A DNA stretch of 64,000 nucleotides from an uncultured archaeon. GTDB lineage: Archaea; Asgardarchaeota; Lokiarchaeia; Sigyniarchaeales; SOKP01. The DNA lies in the NCBI GenBank assembly GCA_964486045.1, contig CAZALK010000007.1, forward strand, positions 64,001 to 128,000, read 5' to 3'. This document shows, one piece after another, positions 1 through 10,682 of the stretch. A program made the translations under genes and the position numbers. Each line of letters opens with the position of its first letter. The stretch's first letter is position 1. The notes beneath the pieces were generated by a model. That model did not search any database and had not been told where the DNA came from. It was given only the letters and a program-made list of their open reading frames with translations.

Positions 1-1
1 A

Positions 2-523
2 GTGGAAAAATATGGAGCAGATAGATCACGTGCAGCAGCACTTATCACACTAACACTTCCAGGAGCACGATTAATTCATGAAGGACAAATGGAGGGTTTT
101 AAAATAAAATTACCTGTTCAATTAGGAAGGCGTCAAACTGAAGAAATTAATCAAAGTCTCCTTGAATTTTATCAAAAATTATTGGAGCTCATTCCTGGTA
201 ATGAATTTTCGAAGGCTATATGGTCACTAAGTAGATTAGAGTCTGTTGATTCTGAGGATCACTCCTTTAATAATTTAATTTCTTATCTTTGGTGGGTAAA
301 TGAAAAATATCGATTAATTGTAGTTAATTTCAGTCCATATTTCTCAAGAGCTCATATACGACTGGATCCTTTAGATTACGGTTCAGTTGAATGGGCTTTC
401 AAAGATTTGCTTTCTGGAAAGGAATTTCATTTTGAAGGAAAAAATTTAGCTAAACACGGACTTTATGTTGAATTAGAAGCATGGAAGGGGCATGTTTTTA
501 ATATTCAAAAAATATATAATTAA
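2..523 (+). CDS. C-terminal part of a GH13 alpha-amylase-family glycosidase (truncated by window edge)
   Basis: TLPGARLIHEGQMEG and LPVQLGR resemble the C-terminal barrel motifs of AmyA-type GH13; a beta-sandwich-like tail follows. Confidence 0.65.
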   Translation: MEKYGADRSRAAALITLTLPGARLIHEGQMEGFKIKLPVQLGRRQTEEINQSLLEFYQKLLELIPGNEFSKAIWSLSRLESVDSEDHSFNNLISYLWWVNEKYRLIVVNFSPYFSRAHIRLDPLDYGSVEWAFKDLLSGKEFHFEGKNLAKHGLYVELEAWKGHVFNIQKIYN

Positions 524-547
524 TACATGAGAATGAGTGTATGAATT

Positions 548-1249
548 ATGATAGACTATAGCTTAATTAAAACAATTGTAGCAAGTATTTCAGTAATAAT
601 CGCTTTAATTGCAGGATTTTTTGAATTACGTTTAAATCCAAAAAATTGGTTAAACAGATGGTTTGCTTTGTTTTTTATCTCGACAGCTATGGCATTTTTT
701 ATTTATGCGTTCTATCATTTAATATACAATACGGATTTTTACATTACTCAGGCAATTGTTATCCCGATGTTGATAACAGCCCATTTTTTATTTAGTTTTG
801 CCACTATATGCTTGGTGATGACAGTATTCATATTAGAAAAGTATAAAAAGATTGCTTTTAATTATAAACATCTTGGACTAATGATGGTTTTGTTAATAAT
901 TATGAGTATTGGTTATTTTTTACCTGGCTTAAGACCAATATTGCTCCTAGATCAACATCTCCTTGGGTTTATTGACACTTACACACCTAGTGCGCTGTTT
1001 TGGTTTGTAAATATTATCCGGTTAGGATTATTATTTTATGTTCTATTCAAATATGCTATGATTACCAGAAAAGTTGAGGAAGCCACCAAAAAAAGAATAC
1101 AATGGTTTATTGCAGGAATAATTAGTATTATCGTTGGGATTGTTATCAACTTACTCGGGGGATTTGTTATGCAACCATTAATTGAAATATTTGCATTAAT
1201 TCTATTGGATATTGGCATAATTCTAATAGTTAAAGGTTTTTTGATTTAA
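548..1249 (+). CDS. Polytopic (about 7 TM) membrane protein, HisKA_7TM-like sensor domain without a kinase
   Basis: Seven hydrophobic segments; NPKNWLNRWFALFF after TM1 is typical of 7TM sensor N-domains. Confidence 0.55.
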   Translation: MIDYSLIKTIVASISVIIALIAGFFELRLNPKNWLNRWFALFFISTAMAFFIYAFYHLIYNTDFYITQAIVIPMLITAHFLFSFATICLVMTVFILEKYKKIAFNYKHLGLMMVLLIIMSIGYFLPGLRPILLLDQHLLGFIDTYTPSALFWFVNIIRLGLLFYVLFKYAMITRKVEEATKKRIQWFIAGIISIIVGIVINLLGGFVMQPLIEIFALILLDIGIILIVKGFLI

Positions 1250-1385
1250 CTGAGTATCATTACAATCTCTTTGTTTTTAACAATTAAGAGTAATTTTATG
1301 TAAATTCCTTAAATCAGGGTAATTGAGTAAAAATTACTTTCAATTCTTAAGTACTTTTTAATATAATCATCAACTAATATCTAAT

Positions 1386-2681
1386 ATGAAAGCGGTTATA
1401 TTAGCAGCTGGAAAGGGAAAAAGGTTAATGCCAATAACTTCCTCTCGTCCTAAACCGATGATTCCTCTCGCTGGCAAACCGTTGTTAGAACATACAATCT
1501 TAGGGCTAAGGGATGCGGGAATTGATAAAATTCTATTAATAGTTGGATATAAAGAGGAAAATATTAATAACTATTTCGGGGATGGGCAAAATAAGTTTAA
1601 TATAAAAATAGAGTATATTACACAAGAGGAACAGTTAGGAACAGGTCATGCTGTTAGCTACGCTAAAGATTTTGTAAAAGATGAACCCTTCTTGTTAATT
1701 TATGGTGATCTAGTTACAGAGCCTCTAATTTTTAAGGAAATTATAGAGAAATTTAATGAAACTAAACCTAAAGGCATTATTTCTTTATTAAAGGTTCAAA
1801 ATCCTCAGGATTATGGAATAATTTCACTTAATTCAGATGGTTTTGTAGAAAAAGTTACTGAAAAACCTGCTCCGGAATTAAAGTTAGGTAATTTGGCAAA
1901 TGCGGGGATATACGTTTTTGATCCTTTAATATTTGAAGCTATTGAAAAAACAGAGAAATCCATTAGAGATGAATATGAATTTACAGATTCAATGGAAATT
2001 TTAATCTCTCAATTAAACGGCAGTATACTGGGATATAACATAAAAAATTATTTTTGGAACGACATTGGTTTGCCATGGCAATTGTTTGAAGCAAATCGAT
2101 TTTTGTTAGATCGATTAGAAGGGAAGATATTAGGTAATGTTGAGCAGAATGTTCAAATTATCGGAAAAGTTTTTATTGGAAAAGATTCAAATATCCGATC
2201 AGGAAGTTTAATTGAGGGACCGTGTTATATTGGGGAAAATTCTTTGATTGGGCCCAATGCATTTATAAGACCTTATAGTTCTGTTGGAGATAATTGTCAT
2301 GTAGGGTTAAGTGAAATCAAAAATTCCATAATTTTTTCTAATTCAAAAATTCCACATTTCAATTATGTAGGAGATTCTATTTTATGTGAAAATATTAACT
2401 TTGGTGCAGGTTCAAAAACCTCAAACTTACGTTTTGATAACAAGAACGTGTGGGTCACGATAAATGGTACGCGAGTAGATTCAAGTCGTAGAAAGTTAGG
2501 ATCCATTATTGGTCCGAATGTTCAAACAGGGATCAATGCAAGTATTATGTGTGGGAAAATTATCGGGGAAAATTCAGTTATTGGTGCTCACACATTAGTA
2601 ATGGAAGATGTACCGCCTAACACACTTTATTATTATGACCCATTTGAAGGGATAAAAAAGAAGGATAACTTTTTTTCTTAA
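1386..2681 (+). CDS. glmU: Bifunctional sugar-1-phosphate nucleotidyltransferase/acetyltransferase (archaeal GlmU)
   Basis: LAAGKGKRLMPIT..PKPM nucleotidyltransferase motif, hexapeptide repeats, PHFNYVGDS; adjacent to glmS/glmM. Confidence 0.92.
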   Translation: MKAVILAAGKGKRLMPITSSRPKPMIPLAGKPLLEHTILGLRDAGIDKILLIVGYKEENINNYFGDGQNKFNIKIEYITQEEQLGTGHAVSYAKDFVKDEPFLLIYGDLVTEPLIFKEIIEKFNETKPKGIISLLKVQNPQDYGIISLNSDGFVEKVTEKPAPELKLGNLANAGIYVFDPLIFEAIEKTEKSIRDEYEFTDSMEILISQLNGSILGYNIKNYFWNDIGLPWQLFEANRFLLDRLEGKILGNVEQNVQIIGKVFIGKDSNIRSGSLIEGPCYIGENSLIGPNAFIRPYSSVGDNCHVGLSEIKNSIIFSNSKIPHFNYVGDSILCENINFGAGSKTSNLRFDNKNVWVTINGTRVDSSRRKLGSIIGPNVQTGINASIMCGKIIGENSVIGAHTLVMEDVPPNTLYYYDPFEGIKKKDNFFS

Positions 2682-2684
2682 AAT

Positions 2685-4544
2685 TTAATGAACTGTTACA
2701 GTTTTAGCGAGATTTAAAGGTTGGTCAGGATTTAAATTATGTTTTATGGCGGCATAATATGATAAAAGTTGTAACGCCGGAATAAAAGTTATTGGGCTAA
2801 ATAGACTAAAATATTTTTCTGAGGGTTGGGGTATTCTAATAGTTAAATCACTTAAATTAGTGATTATTTCATCATCTTCAGCGACGACTGAGATAATTTT
2901 CCCCCCTCTTGCCTTAAATTCCATAACATTACCAACAAGACGTTTGTAAGTCTCATCTGGAGGTGCAATAAAAATGATTGGAAATCCTTCTCTCACCAAA
3001 GAAATTGGTCCATGTTTAGCATGAGCAGCAGAATAACCTTCTATAAAACGGCAGGCAACTTCCTTCAATTTCAAACCCCCTTCTTTAGCGGTTGCAATTG
3101 AGATCCCCCGTGCTAAGAAGAAAAAATTATGACTCGAATTCAAGCTGTTAACAATTTTTTTTATCAGATCAATATTATGATCTAAAAATTTCTCAATAAT
3201 ATCTGGAGTGGAAACCAATGCTTCGTTGTATTTATGGATTTCATTTTCAGAAAGAATTTTATTGAATTTGGCAATTTCTAACCCTATTAAGCCCATTGTA
3301 AGAACTTGGGTGCAGTAAGTTTTAGTAGCTGCTACTCCTATTTCAGGACCTGCTTGGGTGACAATAACGTGATCAGAAATTCTAGTAAGAGAAGATTCTA
3401 CTACATTTGTTATGCATAAGACTGTTATTCTATTATTCAATTTCTCTTTTGCCCATTTTATAGCCTCCACCAAGTCAATCGTTTCACCTGATTGACTTAC
3501 AGCTATAATAACAGAATCTTCCGGGAGTGAATTTCCTAGTTGGATTTGAAATTCTGAACATTCTATGGCTTCTACATATTTTTCTAAAAATCGAGTAATC
3601 ATGAATTTACCTGCTAGGCAGGCATAAAATGAAGTACCTGCTGCAGTTATAAATATATTGTTAGCGTCATATAGTACTCTTGAGAAATCCTTAATAATAT
3701 CAGTTGATATTTTTAGAGTTCGTCGTAAAGCTGCAGGTTCTTCATAAATTTCTTTTAACATGAAATGTTCATATCCACCTTTTTCTGCAGCATCGATACT
3801 CCATTCTATATGCTTCAATTCCTTCTCAATTGGAGCTGAATTATTTTTGATATTTAAAAATTCAACTTCACCTGGTTTTAACACAGCCATTTCGTCATCG
3901 TTTAATATATAACAATTACGAGTATATGGCAAAAAAGCAGGGATGTCAGATGCGCAATAAGTTGTTTTACCCTCTTCAATCCCGACGATCAAGGGAGACT
4001 CCTTTCTAACAACGATAATCGTATCAGGATAATCAGCATGGCATATCGCAACACCATAAGCGCCCACACATTTATTCATCGCATTTGCTACAGCATTTTC
4101 AAAATTGAGCCCATTTTTCATATTTTCTTCAATTAAATGTGATATAATTTCTGTATCTGTCTCAGATTTGAAAATATGCCCTTGTAAAGTTAAAATTGTT
4201 TTTAATTCAATGAAATTTTCAAGAATACCATTATGAATGACAGCTATCTTATCGGAACAATCTAAATGGGGATGGCTGTTAATCATTGTCGGTGCGCCAT
4301 GGGTTGCCCAACGAGTGTGGGCAAGAATGAGCTTTGAACCGAGTGGAAATTCATCTAATTGTAATTTTTTGTGGATTTCTTCAATTTTCCCAGCATCTTT
4401 CTTAACATATAATTTCGACTTGTATTGTGATACCATACCACAAGAATCATAACCTCGATATTCTAAACGCCTAATTGCCTCAAGTGCTATTTTTCCTATA
4501 CTTACATCATCTTGATTTGTAACAATCCCAAATATCCCACACAT
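2685..4544 (-). CDS. glmS: Glutamine--fructose-6-phosphate aminotransferase
   Basis: N-terminal MCGIFG, HTRWATHG, SQSGET, C-terminal NLAKTVTV. Confidence 0.97.
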   Translation of the reverse strand: MCGIFGIVTNQDDVSIGKIALEAIRRLEYRGYDSCGMVSQYKSKLYVKKDAGKIEEIHKKLQLDEFPLGSKLILAHTRWATHGAPTMINSHPHLDCSDKIAVIHNGILENFIELKTILTLQGHIFKSETDTEIISHLIEENMKNGLNFENAVANAMNKCVGAYGVAICHADYPDTIIVVRKESPLIVGIEEGKTTYCASDIPAFLPYTRNCYILNDDEMAVLKPGEVEFLNIKNNSAPIEKELKHIEWSIDAAEKGGYEHFMLKEIYEEPAALRRTLKISTDIIKDFSRVLYDANNIFITAAGTSFYACLAGKFMITRFLEKYVEAIECSEFQIQLGNSLPEDSVIIAVSQSGETIDLVEAIKWAKEKLNNRITVLCITNVVESSLTRISDHVIVTQAGPEIGVAATKTYCTQVLTMGLIGLEIAKFNKILSENEIHKYNEALVSTPDIIEKFLDHNIDLIKKIVNSLNSSHNFFFLARGISIATAKEGGLKLKEVACRFIEGYSAAHAKHGPISLVREGFPIIFIAPPDETYKRLVGNVMEFKARGGKIISVVAEDDEIITNLSDLTIRIPQPSEKYFSLFSPITFIPALQLLSYYAAIKHNLNPDQPLNLAKTVTVH

Positions 4545-4649
4545 ATATAATTTCCTGCTTATTGTTTATTCTTTTTAAATTTAGACTCAATTTTACTTAA
4601 TTAATTAAAAAGTAAAAATTTTATGTAATTTTTAGAAAAAACTATTTTC

Positions 4650-6071
4650 CTAGATTAGATTCAGATCTCTCATTTTCTCTTCTGCTAATTTATTTACCTT
4701 TTTGGTGGATTCTAAGTTAATACTTGATTCTCCTGAAATTCGTAAATAAGGGCTTGTCCCTGAGCGTCTTATTAAAAGCCATCCGCCATCGTAATCAATT
4801 CTACATCCATCTAATCGATTAATATTTTTTACATCTTTACCGAGTGTTTCAAAAACATTTTTCATTGTGAGAATAATATCATTATAATCATCATCAGTAA
4901 ACGGTATATCTAATTTTAATCTAAATTTATTAGCATAGTATGGGTAATTAGGAATATCTTCTAATAGTTCCGTTAAATTTTTTCCAGTAGTAGTGATCAT
5001 CCGTAGTACACTGGCTATCGTTACTATTGAATCTGGTCCTAAATGAAATTTAGGCCAAATGTAAGTACCAGAAGTTTCTCCCCCCAAAAATCCACCATAT
5101 TTCTGTAGAGCAAGAGCCACTTTAATATCTCCCACTTCGGTTCTTATAACTTCGCAACCAAGAGGATTTAGTACATCATCAATTAAACTAGAAGAATTAA
5201 CTGGTGTGACTACTTTCATTTCTTCTTTTTCGACTTCATTTTCTGTAATGTATTTTTTTGCCATCAATGCAAGTAGACGAATCGGGTCGATAATTTCACC
5301 ATCTTCCTTAAGGAATATAACACGGTCAGCATCACCATCTAAAGCGATCCCAATATCTTCTCGATCAGAATTCTTGAGAAATTTTGAAATTTGAATTAAG
5401 TTTTCCTTATTTGGTTCAGAATGGCGTCCTGGAAATCGACCATCCATCTGAGCATTTATAGTCATTATTTTACAACCATATTGACTTAGAAGTTGAGGTA
5501 CTATATCTGAAGCCGTGCCATTACCCGGGTCCACAATCAAATTTAGTCCACTCCCATCAAAATCTATTTTATTTGTTATTTCAGATATATGAATATCATT
5601 CATGTCATTTATCTGAGTAACTTTTCCAATCATATCATATTTAATATTGAGAAAACTTTTTTCTTCATAAACTCTTGAGATCTCATCTTCTTGTTTGGGT
5701 GAGAATCCGATACCGGATCGGTTCCATAACTTCAATCCTATGTATTCAGGAGTGTTATGGGAGGCAGTAATCATTACAGCAGCATCAGCATCAATCTTAT
5801 TTGATGACATGGCTAAGGTGGGAGTAGTTACAACTCCAAGAGCCTTTACATTACAGCCAGTGCTGATTATTCCAGAAATTAAGGCATACTCTATAGGTAA
5901 GGCAGACATTCTAATATCTTTTCCGATAGCCACACTACCCTTACCTTTTAAATACGTTCCTAATGATAAACCAACATCTAAAGCCATTCGTGGTGTAAAC
6001 ATAAGATTGGATTCTGAGTAGCTACGAAATACTCGTCTAATACCAGAAGTTCCGAAAATCGAATTAGTCAT
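4650..6071 (-). CDS. glmM: Phosphoglucosamine mutase / phosphohexomutase
   Basis: FGTSGIR, TASHN catalytic Ser, DGDADR metal loop; clustered with glmS/glmU. Confidence 0.88.
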   Translation of the reverse strand: MTNSIFGTSGIRRVFRSYSESNLMFTPRMALDVGLSLGTYLKGKGSVAIGKDIRMSALPIEYALISGIISTGCNVKALGVVTTPTLAMSSNKIDADAAVMITASHNTPEYIGLKLWNRSGIGFSPKQEDEISRVYEEKSFLNIKYDMIGKVTQINDMNDIHISEITNKIDFDGSGLNLIVDPGNGTASDIVPQLLSQYGCKIMTINAQMDGRFPGRHSEPNKENLIQISKFLKNSDREDIGIALDGDADRVIFLKEDGEIIDPIRLLALMAKKYITENEVEKEEMKVVTPVNSSSLIDDVLNPLGCEVIRTEVGDIKVALALQKYGGFLGGETSGTYIWPKFHLGPDSIVTIASVLRMITTTGKNLTELLEDIPNYPYYANKFRLKLDIPFTDDDYNDIILTMKNVFETLGKDVKNINRLDGCRIDYDGGWLLIRRSGTSPYLRISGESSINLESTKKVNKLAEEKMRDLNLI

Positions 6072-6323
6072 TGGTAATTTAGAAAGATCAGTAGTTATTT
6101 GAATAATTACTTAGTTAAGCAATATAAGAATAAGAAGATTTTCTACTTTTTATACTTATTTTCTGATTTTCTTCAATCTCTTGATATATTTGGATGATAA
6201 ATAATATGACAAATCATGGTGTGTGATTGGAAGAAGATAATAACTTTAATTTTAATCTTAGAAACTAAAAATTATAAATTAAATCTCAACATTTTACTAT
6301 GATAATAAAAGAAACTTCTGATT

Positions 6324-7805
6324 TTGATGAATTTAAAAGATTTTGAACTTATCTATAAGGAAAACCGTATCAAAATTAAAGATAAATCGAAAATTGAATC
6401 TGAACTGGTAGGAATTTTAGGTGAAAACAATGTTTCAACAAAAAAAATTGATCTTCTCGCATATACAAAAGGCTCAACTCTTATTGGTTTTAATTGGGAT
6501 ATAGAGGGTAAGCTTGCTGGATTTGCTGATTTTATCACGTGGCCTGAAACGAGTGAACACATTAGTGAGATTTTAAAGTTAGCAAACTTGGAAAAAATTC
6601 CGATAATCCCTTATGGTGAGGGTTCCGGTGTAGTTGGAGGCGCAATTCCACTATTTGGTGGAATAGTCCTTGATATGAAAAAGTTTAATAAAGTAATTGG
6701 GATAAACGACAAGAATTTAACTGTAACCGCCGAAGCAGGTATTAACGGTATGAATTTGGAACGTTATTTAAATGCCAGAGGATATACTTCTGGTCACATC
6801 CCCCAATCATTATATTTTTCATCTTTAGGCGGTTGGATTGCACATCGAGGAGCGGGACAATTCAGCACAAAATATGGGAAAATTGAAGATATCGTTTTAG
6901 GAATGGAGTTATTATTACCACAAGGCGAAAAAATTAAGTTTAAAACAATTGCAGGGGCATCAACAGGACCACAATTTGATAAACTATTTATGGGAGGAGA
7001 AGGGACTCTTGGTATAGTTACTAAGGCAACTTTAAAGATATGGCCAGTGCCAGAGAAAAAATCCCTAATTTCATATGGGTTTCCAACAATTGAAGATTCA
7101 CTGGATGCAGTACGGAATATTTTAAGAGAAAACATTTATCCTGCCGTGATCAGAATTTATGATAAATTTGAAACCACTCGACATTTTCCTAATATCGACA
7201 GCTCTCAGAATAAAGTTATGGCAATATTCATCTGTGAAGGAAATGCAAAGCTTGTGGAATTAGAAGAATCAATTACGAAGGAAAAATGTGAAGCGAATTT
7301 AGGAGTAGAATGTGGTGAATCTCCAGTAAAGCATTGGTTAGAGACAAGATTTCGAGTAACTGAAACTTCTTCAATGCCACCTTACAAAATTGTGTTTGAT
7401 ACACTTGAAGTAGCTTCTTTATGGGATAATGTGTTGGATATCTATTACTTAGTGTTAGAATCAATGAAAAAAGTTAAAGGAATCTTAATGATTACAGCCC
7501 ATGTCTCTCATTTTTACCCAAATGGGGTGGGAATCTATTTTTCATTCGGTGGTGTACCCCCAAGGGGAATATCTAATTTAAAATTTTATCAAAAGTGCTG
7601 GGATACTACGATAAAAGCTGTTTTGGAAGCAGGTGGTTCAATTGGTCACCATCATGGAATCGGTATTAATCGATCACACTGGATGGATGAAGAATGGGGT
7701 AGGGGTATGAGTACTTTAAGAAAAATTAAGAAATTGCTTGATCCAAACAATATTTTAAATCCAGGTAAAATTTATGTAAATATTTGGAAACGCGGTGATA
7801 ATTAA
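6324..7805 (+). CDS. FAD-binding oxidoreductase, alkyl-DHAP synthase (AGPS/YgcU)-like
   Basis: PYGEGSGVVGG FAD motif, GHIPQS..SSLGGWIA.RGAGQFSTKYGKIED, HHHGIG, LDPNNILNPGK. Confidence 0.85.
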   Translation: MMNLKDFELIYKENRIKIKDKSKIESELVGILGENNVSTKKIDLLAYTKGSTLIGFNWDIEGKLAGFADFITWPETSEHISEILKLANLEKIPIIPYGEGSGVVGGAIPLFGGIVLDMKKFNKVIGINDKNLTVTAEAGINGMNLERYLNARGYTSGHIPQSLYFSSLGGWIAHRGAGQFSTKYGKIEDIVLGMELLLPQGEKIKFKTIAGASTGPQFDKLFMGGEGTLGIVTKATLKIWPVPEKKSLISYGFPTIEDSLDAVRNILRENIYPAVIRIYDKFETTRHFPNIDSSQNKVMAIFICEGNAKLVELEESITKEKCEANLGVECGESPVKHWLETRFRVTETSSMPPYKIVFDTLEVASLWDNVLDIYYLVLESMKKVKGILMITAHVSHFYPNGVGIYFSFGGVPPRGISNLKFYQKCWDTTIKAVLEAGGSIGHHHGIGINRSHWMDEEWGRGMSTLRKIKKLLDPNNILNPGKIYVNIWKRGDN

Positions 7806-9080
7806 ATGGGTATTGAAGAAACCTTAAAAAAGTATTCCTGGCTAGCACCTTTGCTTCAAAAAGCGGATAGAGAAACTAGATCCACATTAATGAAGAATCT
7901 AAGACGAAGAAAGAAGAATTTTTTCCCTCAAGGTGATTTTAAAGCTGATATTGATAGTTTGATAAAATGTATGTTATGCCCAAATTTGTGTAGATTCGAT
8001 TGTGGAAGTCTTGTAGCTGCGAGTACTGAAAGTATGAGTCCTGCATATAAATCAAGAATTGGTTATTATCTTTCAGTAGGTAAACTAGATCCTACTGACC
8101 CTACTAATAAAGAATTCATTGATTTAATGTACAAATGCTCAAATGAGGAAAGTTGTAAAACTTGGTGTCCTTTTAATTTTTCAGTTGTGTCTCTCCTTGA
8201 AACTGTAAGAGATGATTTAAACGCAAAAGGTCTAATGCCAGATTATGTAAAACCAATTTTGGCAAATCTTCACAAAACTAATACAGTTGAAGAATTTGAT
8301 GTTTTCAAAACCTTTAAAGAGAAGGGAATTGATAATATTGAAACGGATGGTAATGATGATGTATTTTTTCACATTGGTTGTATATCCATGAGGTTCCCAT
8401 CGATGATTCAATCTTATATTGATATATTAAAAAAAGCTAAGGTTAAATTCTCAACAAATTTAGAACAAAAAGCATGTTGTGGGGCACCTGCATTCACGAT
8501 GAGAGATTTAAACACTGCGAAAATCTTAGCTGAAAAAAATGGGGACTTAATCGAAAAATCTGGTGCTAATCTCGTAGTAGCAGACTGTCCGGGGTGTGCT
8601 TCAACAATGATCGAAAAATATGATGAGATTGGAGTTAAAATTAAACCAAAAATTATTCATATAGTGAATTATATTGCACAGCTCATCGAGGAAGGGAAAT
8701 TAAAGTTTGAAAATGAAATTCCTACAGAACTCAGTAAGGTAGCTGTTCATGATCCATGTCACCTTTCAAGAAACTTGGGTGATTTAACATCCTTAAGAGC
8801 AATTTTCAAAAGCATTAAAGGTCTAACTTTGTTGGAACCTATATATAACAATGAATATACACATTGCTGTGGGTGGAGTGGAGCGTTACATTGGGCAGAT
8901 AAGAATATAGCACTTACGGAAGCATCTAATAGAGTTAACGAACTAAAAGATACAGGAGCAAGTGTTTTTGTATCAGCTTGTCCTTTATGTGAAGTAGGTT
9001 TAGATAAAGGCCTTGGAAAAAATGAAAAAAACAAAATAAAAATATTAGATATATCTGAATTATTAATTAAAGTACTGTAA
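7806..9080 (+). CDS. Fe-S oxidoreductase with CCG domains (GlpC/HdrD-like)
   Basis: CMLCPNLCRFDC and CSNEESCKTWCP clusters; CCGAP, DCPGC, HDPCHL, CCGW, ACPLC. Confidence 0.85.
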   Translation: MGIEETLKKYSWLAPLLQKADRETRSTLMKNLRRRKKNFFPQGDFKADIDSLIKCMLCPNLCRFDCGSLVAASTESMSPAYKSRIGYYLSVGKLDPTDPTNKEFIDLMYKCSNEESCKTWCPFNFSVVSLLETVRDDLNAKGLMPDYVKPILANLHKTNTVEEFDVFKTFKEKGIDNIETDGNDDVFFHIGCISMRFPSMIQSYIDILKKAKVKFSTNLEQKACCGAPAFTMRDLNTAKILAEKNGDLIEKSGANLVVADCPGCASTMIEKYDEIGVKIKPKIIHIVNYIAQLIEEGKLKFENEIPTELSKVAVHDPCHLSRNLGDLTSLRAIFKSIKGLTLLEPIYNNEYTHCCGWSGALHWADKNIALTEASNRVNELKDTGASVFVSACPLCEVGLDKGLGKNEKNKIKILDISELLIKVL

Positions 9081-9102
9081 TTAGCAATTAAAAAGTGATT
9101 TT

Positions 9103-10563
9103 ATGGGTGATTTAATATGTGTATTTGATGTTGGAACAACTGGAGCGAGGACTATTATCTTTGACATCAATGGAAAAGAAATTGCGAGAGATTATTTAGA
9201 ATATCGAATACCTAAACAAGCAGTTGGCATTTCTGAGCAGGATCCTCTTATTTGGTGGAATGCAATTAAGAAAACTTGTAATATGGTTTCACAAAAAGTA
9301 AATGTGAATGATATTGTGGGTATTTCAGCTGCTTTTTTAAGAGGAACACTGACATTTTTAGACGATAAAGGAGATGCTTTACATCCAGCATTAACATGGA
9401 TGGATGAAAGGGGAGAATCAAGTGCGAATGAATGGGTTGAGCAAGAAGGTGCATTCAGAAGGGCAATGCCTAAGATTTTATGGATCAAAAAAAATAAACC
9501 AGAAATATTTGAAAAAACTTCAAAAATTGCATTTGTAGACACTTTTATCTTGAATAAATTGTGTGAAATATTTGTGACCGATCATACTAATGCATATTGG
9601 GGAATACTTGATTTGGAAACGTTAAACTGGGATCTAGAGTTAGCAGAAGCATATGGTGTTCCATTAGATTTATGGCCAGACATAAAATTCCCTGGAGAAG
9701 TTATTGGTGAGTTAAGTGGCACTGCTGCTAAAGATCTAAATTTACCAAATAATATACCAATAATTATGGGTAGCGGAGATCAGCAATGTTCAGCTTTAGG
9801 ATTAGGTGTAATTGAAACGGGTCAAGCAAAAATAACAATGGGAACCGGAACTTTTGTTGACTATGTTGTTGATAAACCTGTAAAACCAGCGGGAGGAATT
9901 CCTATATTTTCTATCCCAACACCTATCAAGGGAAAATGGAATATTGAAGCTACTATGCCTGGTACAGGAACAGCCATGAAATGGTTTAAAGATAATTTTT
10001 CTCAATTACAAATCCAAGAAAGTATTGAGAAACAGATAAACGTTTATGATATCCTAACAAGAGAGGCATCAACAATATCACCAGGTAGTGAAGGTTTACT
10101 TGTTCTTCCTTTATATATGTTTAGAAAAGGAACAATTCACGGCTTAGGATGGAATCACACGAGAGCTCACTTGATTCGGGCAATAATGGAGTCTGCAGCT
10201 TTAAGTGCTCAGATGTATCTCAATATTATTGAAACTTTAGGTGGAGCAAAAGTCTCAGAAGTTAAAGCAGATGGAGGTGCAATGAAAAGTCCTCTATGGG
10301 CACAAATCCTTGCAGACATAACATTAAAGAAAATTCTTTTACCTGAAGAAAAGGACGGTGCTGCCATGGGTGCTGCAATCCTTGGGTTTTATGGTACAAA
10401 AATATATGACAGTTTTGAAAAAGCTATTTCTAATATGGTCAGATTTATCGATACAAAAGAACCTATCAAACAGAATGTGAGAACCTATAAAAAATTAAAA
10501 AGGATTTTTATGCCAGCATTATTAGATCTATATGAAAAAAAAAGGCTAACTAAAGATCTATAA
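9103..10563 (+). CDS. FGGY-family carbohydrate kinase (xylulokinase-like)
   Basis: DVGTTGAR, EQDP, WMDER, GDQQCSALG, GTGTF, DGGAMKS.LWAQI.AD. Confidence 0.88.
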   Translation: MGDLICVFDVGTTGARTIIFDINGKEIARDYLEYRIPKQAVGISEQDPLIWWNAIKKTCNMVSQKVNVNDIVGISAAFLRGTLTFLDDKGDALHPALTWMDERGESSANEWVEQEGAFRRAMPKILWIKKNKPEIFEKTSKIAFVDTFILNKLCEIFVTDHTNAYWGILDLETLNWDLELAEAYGVPLDLWPDIKFPGEVIGELSGTAAKDLNLPNNIPIIMGSGDQQCSALGLGVIETGQAKITMGTGTFVDYVVDKPVKPAGGIPIFSIPTPIKGKWNIEATMPGTGTAMKWFKDNFSQLQIQESIEKQINVYDILTREASTISPGSEGLLVLPLYMFRKGTIHGLGWNHTRAHLIRAIMESAALSAQMYLNIIETLGGAKVSEVKADGGAMKSPLWAQILADITLKKILLPEEKDGAAMGAAILGFYGTKIYDSFEKAISNMVRFIDTKEPIKQNVRTYKKLKRIFMPALLDLYEKKRLTKDL

Positions 10564-10682
10564 TTCATATCTTTATTTTTGTTTATGTTCAAATTTAATT
10601 TGGGTCACTACTTTGATTTAGAAAAGTATTTTTTGAATCTTTTATTTCAAACATTATAAAATGGAATAATATCTATGGTCAC

